From: an uncultured Alphaproteobacteria bacterium
Lineage (GTDB): Bacteria; Pseudomonadota; Alphaproteobacteria; RF32; CAG-239
DNA: 64,000 bases
Direction of reading: 5' to 3'
NCBI GenBank assembly: GCA_902464275.1
Contig: CABQIK010000007.1
Span: 8,613-72,612 of the forward strand
Shown here: positions 38,384-46,215 of the stretch, piece by piece
Layout of the letters: every line of letters begins with the position of its first letter
Numbering within the stretch: position 1 is the stretch's first letter
Made by a program: the position numbers and the translations under genes
Notes under the pieces: generated by a model
Told to the model about the DNA's origin: nothing
What the model saw: only the letters and a program-made list of their open reading frames with translations
The model's database searches: none

Positions 38384-40819
38384 ATGCTAAAAATAAATCA
38401 GTTATTTAAAGCAGCTTCCGCCGCTTTATTTTCAATGTTCTTTATTCTTAACAATGCACACGCCTCTGAAATTGATTTACACATTCCGTCATTGAATGTT
38501 GCGTTTAACATTTTCGGAACAACCGTCACCGGCTCAAACATTTTGCTTGCCGGTATGGTCGTTTGCATTTTAGGAATGCTTTTTGGTCTGTATGAATTTA
38601 TCAGAATCAAAAATCTTCCGGCACATCAGGCTATGCTTAATGTTGCTGAAACCATTTACACCACCTGCAAAACTTATATGAAGCAGCAGGCCAAGCTTTT
38701 GTTGTTGCTTGAGTGCTTTATTGCCGTTTGCATTTTTTATTACTTCTTTTACCTTAACTCCGTTCCGTTAATGAAAGTATTAAATATTTTGTTATGGTCG
38801 GTTTTGGGTATTATGGGTTCATTCTCGGTTGCGTGGTTCGGTATGCGTATCAACACTTATGCCAACGCCCGCACCTCATTTGCCTCATTAAAGGGCAAAG
38901 CTTTTCCGGTTATGAACCTGCCGTTGCATTCCGGTATGTCAATCGGCGTTTTGCTGATTTGCGTTGAACTTATCATGATGATTTTCATTCTGTTGTTTGT
39001 TCCGCGTGATAATGCCGGCGCTTGCTTTATCGGCTTTGCCATCGGTGAATCTTTAGGCGCTTCCGCCTTGCGTATTTGCGGCGGTATTTTTACCAAAATT
39101 GCCGACATCGGCGCCGATTTAATGAAAATTATTTTCAAAATTGATGAAGACGATGCCCGCAACCCCGGCGTAATTGCAGACTGCACCGGCGACAATGCCG
39201 GCGATTCGGTCGGCCCTACCGCTGATGGTTTTGAAACTTACGGCGTTACCGGCGTGGCTTTAATCAGCTTTATCGTATTGGGCGCCGGCATGATGTATAC
39301 CGCTGACGGCTCATTAGCTCCGATGGCCAACGGTATTGACATTCAGGCGCGTTTAATTACTTGGATTTTCACCATGCGCGTATTGATGATTTTGACCTCA
39401 ATTTTATCATACTCGCTCAACAACGTGCTTTCTAAGGCTCTGTTCGGCAACAAAGACAGCTTTAACTTTGAAACCCCGCTCACCAGCCTTGTATGGCTCA
39501 CCTCCATCATTTCCATTATGGTAACTTTCGGCGTGTCTTATGTTATGATTGACAGCGCCGTATTCGGACCTGATTTGTGGTGGAAACTTTCGGTTATTAT
39601 CAGCTGCGGAACTTTAGCCGCCGCCTTAATTCCGGAATTTACCAAAATATTCACCTCGTCAAAGTCTAAACACGTTCAAGAAGTTGTAAACGCCAGCCGT
39701 GAAGCCGGCGCTTCCTTAAACATTATCTCGGGTATTGTTTCAGGCAACTTCTCAGGCTTTTGGCAAGGTATTGTAATGGTAGGCTTAATGGTAATTGCCT
39801 TTTTAACCGCCCGTACCGGACTTGACCCGTACATGGTTTACCCGACCGTATTTGCGTTTGGCTTGGTTGCTTTCGGTATGCTCGGTATGGGACCTGTTAC
39901 CATTGCCGTTGACTCTTACGGACCGGTTACCGATAACGCTCAATCCGTATTTGAACTTTCCCAAATTGAGCAGATTAAAGGCATTAAAAAAGAAATCAAA
40001 TCCGACTACGGTTTTGAACCTAACTTTGAAGTCGGCAAACACTTGTTGGAAGAAAACGATTCTGCCGGCAACACCTTTAAAGCCACTGCCAAACCGGTAT
40101 TAATCGGCACGGCTGTAATCGGCGCAACCACCATGATTTTCTCAATCATCTTGCTGTTAAACCTTTCATTAAATCTTTTAGACCCGTACGTCTTATTTGG
40201 TTTAATTTTAGGCGGCGCCGTAATTTACTGGTTCTCGGGCGCGTCTATGCAGGCGGTTTCAGCCGGCGCATATAAAGCCGTAAACTACATTAAAAAGCAC
40301 ATTCACCTTGACGGTAAAAGTGCCGCTTCTATTGAAGATTCCAAAAATGTGGTTCGCATTTGCACTATTTATGCGCAAAAAGGCATGCTTAACATCTTTA
40401 TCGTAATCTTCTCATTTACGATTGCGTTTGCCTGCTTTAACGCCAACCTGTTTGCAAGTTACTTAATTTCAATCGCCATTTTCGGATTGTTCCAAGCTTT
40501 GTATATGGCCAACGCCGGCGGCGCTTGGGATAACGCCAAAAAGGTTGTTGAGGTAGACTTGCAGGAAAAAGGCACCCCGTTGCACGATGCCGCTGTGGTT
40601 GGCGATACCGTCGGCGACCCGTACAAAGACACCTCATCGGTTGCCTTAAACCCGATTATTAAATTTACCACCTTGTTCGGATTGTTGGCGGTTGAAATGG
40701 CTGCCAAAGCTCCGGCTTGCGTATCCTTCGGGCTCGGAATTTTCTTCTTCCTGCTTGGTTTGGTATTTGTATGGCGTTCATTTTACGCTATGCGTATTGA
40801 ACCAACCGTAAAAGATTAA
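38384..40819 (+). CDS. hppA: membrane-bound proton/sodium-translocating pyrophosphatase
   Basis: GDTVGDPYKDTSSVALNP and other H+-PPase motifs. About 16 TMs. Start placed at the MLKINQ ATG with RBS AAGGA, which is 33 nt downstream of the track start. Confidence 0.88.
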   Translation: MLKINQLFKAASAALFSMFFILNNAHASEIDLHIPSLNVAFNIFGTTVTGSNILLAGMVVCILGMLFGLYEFIRIKNLPAHQAMLNVAETIYTTCKTYMKQQAKLLLLLECFIAVCIFYYFFYLNSVPLMKVLNILLWSVLGIMGSFSVAWFGMRINTYANARTSFASLKGKAFPVMNLPLHSGMSIGVLLICVELIMMIFILLFVPRDNAGACFIGFAIGESLGASALRICGGIFTKIADIGADLMKIIFKIDEDDARNPGVIADCTGDNAGDSVGPTADGFETYGVTGVALISFIVLGAGMMYTADGSLAPMANGIDIQARLITWIFTMRVLMILTSILSYSLNNVLSKALFGNKDSFNFETPLTSLVWLTSIISIMVTFGVSYVMIDSAVFGPDLWWKLSVIISCGTLAAALIPEFTKIFTSSKSKHVQEVVNASREAGASLNIISGIVSGNFSGFWQGIVMVGLMVIAFLTARTGLDPYMVYPTVFAFGLVAFGMLGMGPVTIAVDSYGPVTDNAQSVFELSQIEQIKGIKKEIKSDYGFEPNFEVGKHLLEENDSAGNTFKATAKPVLIGTAVIGATTMIFSIILLLNLSLNLLDPYVLFGLILGGAVIYWFSGASMQAVSAGAYKAVNYIKKHIHLDGKSAASIEDSKNVVRICTIYAQKGMLNIFIVIFSFTIAFACFNANLFASYLISIAIFGLFQALYMANAGGAWDNAKKVVEVDLQEKGTPLHDAAVVGDTVGDPYKDTSSVALNPIIKFTTLFGLLAVEMAAKAPACVSFGLGIFFFLLGLVFVWRSFYAMRIEPTVKD

Positions 40820-40835
40820 GATAAATTCTTAAACC

Positions 40836-40866
40836 ACCCCCGCTTTTTAATTAAAGCGGGGGTTTT
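40836..40866 (+). terminator. rho-independent terminator after hppA
   Basis: CCCCCGCTTT-ttaatt-AAAGCGGGGG followed by TTTTC. Confidence 0.7.
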
Positions 40867-40894
40867 CTTTATTTATTATAAATAAAATTCCTAA

Positions 40895-40960
40895 AGCTAT
40901 TCGGTAATTTTTCTTGCCTTTTCGGTAATTATTCGGTAATATTTAGGTAAATTTATTTAG
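40895..40960 (+). repeat. direct repeats (TTCGGTAAT x3 plus TTAGGTAAA) upstream of the fic gene
   Basis: attcggtaat...ttcggtaattattcggtaatatttaggtaaattt. The last three copies are 12-13 bp apart, immediately 5' of the Fic start. Confidence 0.6.
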
Positions 40961-40972
40961 AAAGGACAAAAT

Positions 40973-42025
40973 ATGCCTAATATGAGTGATATTATCATTA
41001 CACCTGATATACTGCGAAGCATATCTGAAATAGATACATTTAAAGGATCTTGGAACAGTGGCGGTATTAAAATTGCGCCTGAACAATTAAAAACGATGAA
41101 AAGAATTGCCACGATTGAATCCATTGGTTCCTCAAATCGTATTGAAGGCAATAAATTAAATGATATTGATGTTGAAACCATATTTAACAACATCAATAAA
41201 AAATCATTTCAAACTCGTGATGAACAAGAAGTTGCCGGTTATGCTGATTTATTAGCTACAATATTTGACAATTATCAAAACATTCCATTATCGGAAAATT
41301 ATATCAGACAGCTTCATAAAATTTTATTAAACTATTCTGATAAAGATGAACGCCACAGAGGAGAATATAAAAAAGATTCAAACAGAGTTGCCGCATTTGA
41401 TGCAAATGGTCATGAAATCGGTACTATTTTTGAAACGGCCACTCCTTTTGACACACCACGCTTGATGCAAGAATTGATTGATTGGACCAACAGAAATTTC
41501 AATGATGGATATTTTCATCCGATAATAACTATTGGCGTATTTATTGTCCGCTTCTTGGCAATACACCCGTTTACTGACGGCAACGGTCGTATGTCAAGAG
41601 CATTAACAACAATGTTATTACTGCAAAACGGCTACAATTACATGCCTTACGCTTCTATGGAATCTGTTATTGAAGCAAGCAAAGATTTATATTATAGGGC
41701 ATTAAGAGCAACCCAAAAAACTATTTGGAATGATAAAGTAAATTACGAGCCTTGGTTAACTTTCTTTGTAACATCATTGCAAAAACAAAAACGCCATTTG
41801 GAATATAAAATAAAAAAATCATCTGATACAATAAGATACAATAAAACAGAACAAAGCATAATAAATTTATTTGATATAAAATCAAATTGGTCTGTTTTGG
41901 AAATATCTGAAACATTAGGTAAAAACAACGAGACAGTTAAAAAGAATGTTCAGAATCTTGTAAAAAAAGACATTTTAGAAAAACAAGGGACAACAAAAGG
42001 AACCTATTATATTTTGAAAAAATAA
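40973..42025 (+). CDS. Fic family protein (AMPylator-like) with C-terminal wHTH-like region
   Basis: Canonical Fic motif HPFTDGNGRMSR. AT-rich codon usage relative to neighbouring core genes. Confidence 0.85.
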   Translation: MPNMSDIIITPDILRSISEIDTFKGSWNSGGIKIAPEQLKTMKRIATIESIGSSNRIEGNKLNDIDVETIFNNINKKSFQTRDEQEVAGYADLLATIFDNYQNIPLSENYIRQLHKILLNYSDKDERHRGEYKKDSNRVAAFDANGHEIGTIFETATPFDTPRLMQELIDWTNRNFNDGYFHPIITIGVFIVRFLAIHPFTDGNGRMSRALTTMLLLQNGYNYMPYASMESVIEASKDLYYRALRATQKTIWNDKVNYEPWLTFFVTSLQKQKRHLEYKIKKSSDTIRYNKTEQSIINLFDIKSNWSVLEISETLGKNNETVKKNVQNLVKKDILEKQGTTKGTYYILKK

Positions 42026-42090
42026 AAGATAATACTCCGTTTTTTAAACGGATATAGGCCTATAACCCCTAAGATACAGTTCAAAGACAG

Positions 42091-42192
42091 GGTGGTTTAT
42101 ACAACTTATGCACAGCTTTGGACTCGTAAATATTGCAAAAAAAAAACGCGAGCTAAAATCTTCTTAAATTTAACAATTTGAGGAGATTTTTA
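42091..42192 (+). promoter_or_regulatory. orphan copy of the conserved pilin-gene upstream cassette (promoter/5' leader)
   Basis: About 100 nt, near-identical to the sequence 5' of pilin paralogs 2 and 3 (...ggactcgtaaatattgcaaaaaaaaaacgcgagctaaaatcttcttaaatttaacaatttgaggagatttt). Here it is followed by an unrelated short ORF. Confidence 0.6.
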
Positions 42193-42330
42193 ATGTTTAT
42201 CCAAAATATACTAGCTAAGCTTGCGGATGGTGAGGCAGATACGACGGGATTTTGGAGCGACTTGTACACAAAAAGGTACACGAGCGAGAAAATCCCTAGC
42301 AGCTGCCCGCTAGACGCAAGCGTAAAATGA
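42193..42330 (+). other. short ORF (45 aa) or small RNA body driven by the orphan cassette, ending in the 46-nt repeat element and a terminator
   Basis: ATG is placed exactly where the pilin ATG sits in the other cassette copies. It is followed by the 46-nt element (42329..42374) and the hairpin ATACTCAATC-ataa-GATTGAGTAT (42388..42411). Confidence 0.25.
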
Positions 42331-42418
42331 GCTTACAAGCAAGACCGAACCCCGCAGGGGTGAGATTCCCCTCTCGGTTAAAAAAAATACTCAATCATAA
42401 GATTGAGTATTTTTATAA

Positions 42419-42917
42419 TTGGTGGAGCTGAGGGGGCTTGCAGAGTCACAAAAATGTCCGGTGGACATTTTTTGCCGGCAAGCATCAGCTGCTGTTAGCG
42501 AGCGATGAGCCGACAGGCGATAAGAGCGAACGTTACAGCTGCTTGACCGCAGCGCAGTTAGCGACTGCCCTTTGGGCAGAGCTTACAAGCAAGACCGAAC
42601 CCCGCAGGGGTGAGATTCCCCTCTTCTAAAGACACAAAAGCACTTAAGCAAAAGCCTAAGTGCTTAAAAATTGGTGGAGCTGAGGGGGCTTGCAGAGTCA
42701 CAAAAATGTCCGGTGGACATTTTTTGCCGGCAAGCATCAGCTGCTGTTAGCGAGCGATGAGCCGACAGGCGATAAGAGCGAACGTTACAGCTGCTTGACC
42801 GCAGCGCAGTTAGCGACTGCCCTTTGGGCAGAGCTTACAAGCAAGACCGAACCCCTAGGGTTAGATTCCCCTCTTAAAAATAAAAGCACTTAAGCAAAAG
42901 CCTAAGTGCTTAAAAAT
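42419..42917 (+). repeat. two tandem direct repeats of about 250 bp, each starting with a copy of the 3' 17 nt of tRNA-Ala
   Basis: Units 42419..42670 and 42671..42916 are over 95% identical. Each begins TTGGTGGAGCTGAGGGG, which matches the reverse complement of the tRNA-Ala 3' end at 42918. Each contains hairpins (AAAAATGTCC-ggt-GGACATTTTT and CTGCCC-ttt-GGGCAG) and the 46-nt element GAGCTTACAAGCAAGACCGAACCCC(GCAGGGGTGAG)ATTCCCCTCT. Each ends with the hairpin AAGCACTTAAG-caaaag-CCTAAGTGCTT. Confidence 0.85.
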
Positions 42918-42993
42918 TGGTGGAGCTGAGGGGAATCGAACCCCTGACCTCCTCAATGCCATTGAGGCGCTCTCCCAACTGAGCTACAACCCC
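42918..42993 (-). tRNA. tRNA-Ala (anticodon GGC)
   Basis: Minus-strand sequence GGGGTTGTAGCTCAGTTGGGAGAGCGCCTCAATGGCATTGAGGAGGTCAGGGGTTCGATTCCCCTCAGCTCCACCA. G3:U70 Ala identity pair, anticodon loop AUGGCAU, encoded CCA. A hairpin plus T-run terminator lies downstream on the minus strand. Confidence 0.9.
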
Positions 42994-43115
42994 ATCAGTG
43001 ATGGTATGCGGGCATATTACAATAAAAATTTTTAATGTCAAACACTTTTTGCTAAACTCTTAAAAATAAAAGCGCCCGCAAAATAACCGGACGCTTTAAT
43101 TTGATGGCTTTAAGC

Positions 43116-44072
43116 TTATTCTTCCGATCCGCCTTCGGCATCAGCCGATGCCATAATATCCGGCAATGTTCCGATAGCTTTTTTACGTTTCAACTTGTTT
43201 ACAAACTTAATTGAACGTTGAGCATCCCACTTCTTTTTACCTTCTTCATGCTGAAAGATTTGTTTGTAAACTTCAATCGCCTGATCAAATTCAGACAACT
43301 TGGTTAAGCATGAAGCCAAACCATCATACATTTTGTGATGATAACGACCGTTTACAAGCTGTTGAGCTTTTTTGTAACATTTAAGAGCATCTTTAAACTT
43401 AAACATTTTTTGATAAACAAAGCCGATGCTAATCCAAGCCTGAATTTCGCTGCTGTTAATGTTTAAAATTTTGGTAAAACATTTTAAGGCCGAATCATTA
43501 TCGCCCATCAGCTGATAGGTAACGCCGATACCGTTCCATGCTTTAACGTTGGTTTTATCCGATGACAACACCTTTTTGAAAAACGCGATTGAGCGGTCAT
43601 ACTGTTTAAGCTTTTGGAGTGTAACCGCAATGCTGAGCAAGGTTTGCGGGTGTTTGTTGTCAATCTTCATGGCTTGTTCCAAAACATCCAAAGCTTCTTT
43701 GAACAAAAACATGTGTTGCAAAGCAATCGCTTTACCGTTTAAGGCCTCAAGCGAAGTTTGATCAATGGCAAAAGCCTCGTCAAAGCAGGCAATCGCCTCT
43801 TTGTAAAGCCCGCGCATTGAAAGGGTAACCCCTTTATTGTTAAGCACTTCAACTGATTTCGGATTAAGCGCAAGCGCTTTATCAAAACATTCAACCGCGT
43901 CAGTATAGCGGCTCATTTTTTGAAAAGCAAAACCTTTAGAGTTCATAGCTTTCCATGAATCCGGCTGTTCGGTTAAAACTTCATCAAATTGTGCAACAGC
44001 CTCTTTATACATACCGCTGTCTAATAATTCCTGCCCTCTTTTATAGGCGTTGTTGTCGTTCATTTTTACCAT
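43116..44072 (-). CDS. tetratricopeptide repeat protein
   Basis: Multiple 34-aa TPR units (A..F..AL..P.....N.G pattern) across 318 aa. Confidence 0.7.
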   Translation of the reverse strand: MVKMNDNNAYKRGQELLDSGMYKEAVAQFDEVLTEQPDSWKAMNSKGFAFQKMSRYTDAVECFDKALALNPKSVEVLNNKGVTLSMRGLYKEAIACFDEAFAIDQTSLEALNGKAIALQHMFLFKEALDVLEQAMKIDNKHPQTLLSIAVTLQKLKQYDRSIAFFKKVLSSDKTNVKAWNGIGVTYQLMGDNDSALKCFTKILNINSSEIQAWISIGFVYQKMFKFKDALKCYKKAQQLVNGRYHHKMYDGLASCLTKLSEFDQAIEVYKQIFQHEEGKKKWDAQRSIKFVNKLKRKKAIGTLPDIMASADAEGGSEE

Positions 44073-44160
44073 TTTCTTCTCTTTTCCAAAGTTACAAAAT
44101 AATTGGTAAAAAGTACAATATCATTATAAATCTTTTATGTCAAGTTTTGAATCGCATCGC

Positions 44161-45105
44161 CTAAACGGGTTTTATTTGCTTATATATAGGCAAATCAGGC
44201 CTTACCTCGCGATAACGACAATTAATTTTTGCACAAAAATTTTTCATTTTTTGGCGTTTTTCGGCAAAATATTGACGATAATCTTCTGTAAAATCTTTAC
44301 CGGCAACCACCAAAAGCTGCTTTTGATTTTGATATTGCGCCAAATATTCGCCGACCGGCGGGGCTTTAGCCTCAAGCTCATCAAACACATTTATCAAATA
44401 AAGTTCATGATTGCGGGCAAAACCTGAAAGCACCGCCGCCGATTCTGCCTCAGTATCGGTAAACGAGCCGATAACAAACACAATCGCCCGATGTTTGGCT
44501 TTTTGCCGCAACAGTTTTAATGATTTAACCGCGCTTTCCGATTCGCTTGTCCGATACAAACTTTCAGCGGCGATTTTTTCAATCTGCTTAAAAACCGCAA
44601 ACAAATTTTCAACCGTGCGCTTAGGCTCAAAAATAAGCGTTTTACTGCCGTCAAAGACCGCCATTCCAACACGGTCTTTATTTTCAAGCGCGTACCAACC
44701 GATTAACGCCGCAACTTTGGCGGCCGTAACCGATTTAAGCTCGCGCTTGGTGCCAAAACGCATTTTAGCCGACAAATCAAGCCAAATATAAACCTCGCGG
44801 TCTTTTTCTTCATTATAAAGTTTGGTAAAAGGCTGATTTTTGCGCGCCGTAACCCGCCAATCAATATCGCGCACATCATCACCGTAGTTATAAGCGCGCA
44901 CCTCTTCAAACTCAATGCCTCTGCCCTTAAAAGCCGAACGAGAATCCCCTGCCTGCAATGAGGTTTGATTAAGCTTAAAATCGCGCAAATAAGGGACATA
45001 GCGCCGCATCAGAGCCAACTGCTTAAAATCAGCCGCCAACGCCGGATTAATTTTAGGCGTTTGTTCTGACTTCAACAATTCCGAGAGACTCTTGAATTTA
45101 AACAT
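44161..45105 (-). CDS. DUF58 domain protein (MoxR-associated, vWA-like)
   Basis: FKGRGIEFEEVRAYNYGDDVRDIDWRVTAR motif typical of DUF58. Immediately downstream of moxR. Confidence 0.8.
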   Translation of the reverse strand: MFKFKSLSELLKSEQTPKINPALAADFKQLALMRRYVPYLRDFKLNQTSLQAGDSRSAFKGRGIEFEEVRAYNYGDDVRDIDWRVTARKNQPFTKLYNEEKDREVYIWLDLSAKMRFGTKRELKSVTAAKVAALIGWYALENKDRVGMAVFDGSKTLIFEPKRTVENLFAVFKQIEKIAAESLYRTSESESAVKSLKLLRQKAKHRAIVFVIGSFTDTEAESAAVLSGFARNHELYLINVFDELEAKAPPVGEYLAQYQNQKQLLVVAGKDFTEDYRQYFAEKRQKMKNFCAKINCRYREVRPDLPIYKQIKPV

Positions 45106-45121
45106 CGGAGTTTCCTTCCGT

Positions 45122-46111
45122 TTACGGCAATGGCACCGCTTTTAGCAAAGAGCCGATAACATTATCAGCGCTGATGCCTTCCGCCTGCGTCTCAAAGCTC
45201 AAGATTACACGATGCCGCAAAACATCATAAACCACGGCGTGAATATCTTCCGGCGTAACAAAATCGCGCCCTGCGAGCCATGCGTTAATTTTAGCGCACT
45301 TATCAAGCGCAATGGTGGCGCGCGGACTTGCCCCAAACCGAACCGCGCCGGCAAGCTCGCCGTTATATTTTTCCGGCTTGCGAGTTGCCATAATCAACTG
45401 AATCAAATATTGCTCCACCGCTTCAGAAGTATGCACGTCCAAAACTTCGCGCTGAGCCGCCAAAATTTCGGCAATATCTAATTTGGCAAACGATTTTTCC
45501 GCCTCTTGGCGGCAAATTTCACCGTCTTTGCAGGCTTTGTCTTCAGCGCGCACCAATTCCAAAATTTTCTTTTCGGTTTTAGCATCGGGTTGGTCAATTT
45601 TAATATAAAGCAAAAAGCGGTCAAGCTGCGCTTCCGGCAAAGTATAAGTTCCTTCATGCTCAATCGGATTTTGGGTAGCAAGCACCATAAACAATTCAGG
45701 CAGAGCATAACGTTTGCCGCCAACGCTCACCTGCCATTCCGCCATGGCCTCCAACAGCGCCGACTGCACTTTGGCAGGCGCGCGGTTAATTTCATCGGCT
45801 AACACAAAGTTGGAAAAAATCGGTCCGCGCCTGAACTCAAAATTTCCGGCAGAGGCAACATATATATCGCTTCCGGTAATATCCGACGGCAGCAAATCAG
45901 GCGTAAACTGAATGCGGCTGAAGTCAGCGTTTACACTGTCGGCAAGCGTTTTAATCGCTTTGGTTTTGGCAAGCCCCGGAGCGCCCTCCACCAACGCATG
46001 ACCGCCGGCAAGCATTGTAATCAGCAGTTTTTTAACCAAATCTTCCTGGCCGACAATTCTCTCTTCCAAATGATTTTTTAAGTTTATGATTTTATCGCGC
46101 AATTCTGACAT
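45122..46111 (-). CDS. MoxR family AAA+ ATPase
   Basis: Walker A GAPGLAKT and the MoxR signature FSRIQFTPDLLPSDITG. Confidence 0.9.
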   Translation of the reverse strand: MSELRDKIINLKNHLEERIVGQEDLVKKLLITMLAGGHALVEGAPGLAKTKAIKTLADSVNADFSRIQFTPDLLPSDITGSDIYVASAGNFEFRRGPIFSNFVLADEINRAPAKVQSALLEAMAEWQVSVGGKRYALPELFMVLATQNPIEHEGTYTLPEAQLDRFLLYIKIDQPDAKTEKKILELVRAEDKACKDGEICRQEAEKSFAKLDIAEILAAQREVLDVHTSEAVEQYLIQLIMATRKPEKYNGELAGAVRFGASPRATIALDKCAKINAWLAGRDFVTPEDIHAVVYDVLRHRVILSFETQAEGISADNVIGSLLKAVPLP

Positions 46112-46215
46112 AATACCCTCTTAATTGTTCATAAGTGCCTATAAAATATCTTCCCTTTCGGATAATAATATTATATATATGGCTAATCGGTTAAAAAAAC
46201 AAGAAGTATTGCACC

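Noticed and set aside
42438-42893. Two ORFs of 63 and 67 aa (42438..42629 and 42690..42893) predicted inside the tandem repeat units
   Set aside because: They are copies of one another created by the DNA repeat. They have no RBS, run through strong hairpins, and have unremarkable composition, so I treat them as non-coding parts of the repeat.
42419-42917. Possibility that the repeat units are a two-piece (permuted) tmRNA or tRNA-like genes
   Set aside because: The units carry a tRNA-like 3' end (…CUCAGCUCCACCA on the minus strand) but no adjacent canonical T-arm (GGTTCGANTCC), no tag-like reading frame ending in …AA-stop, and no 5' GGGG acceptor partner. The only bona fide tRNA structure is the tRNA-Ala at 42918..42993.
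42419-42917. CRISPR array
   Set aside because: Repeat units are about 250 bp with no short repeat-spacer periodicity. No cas genes in the window.
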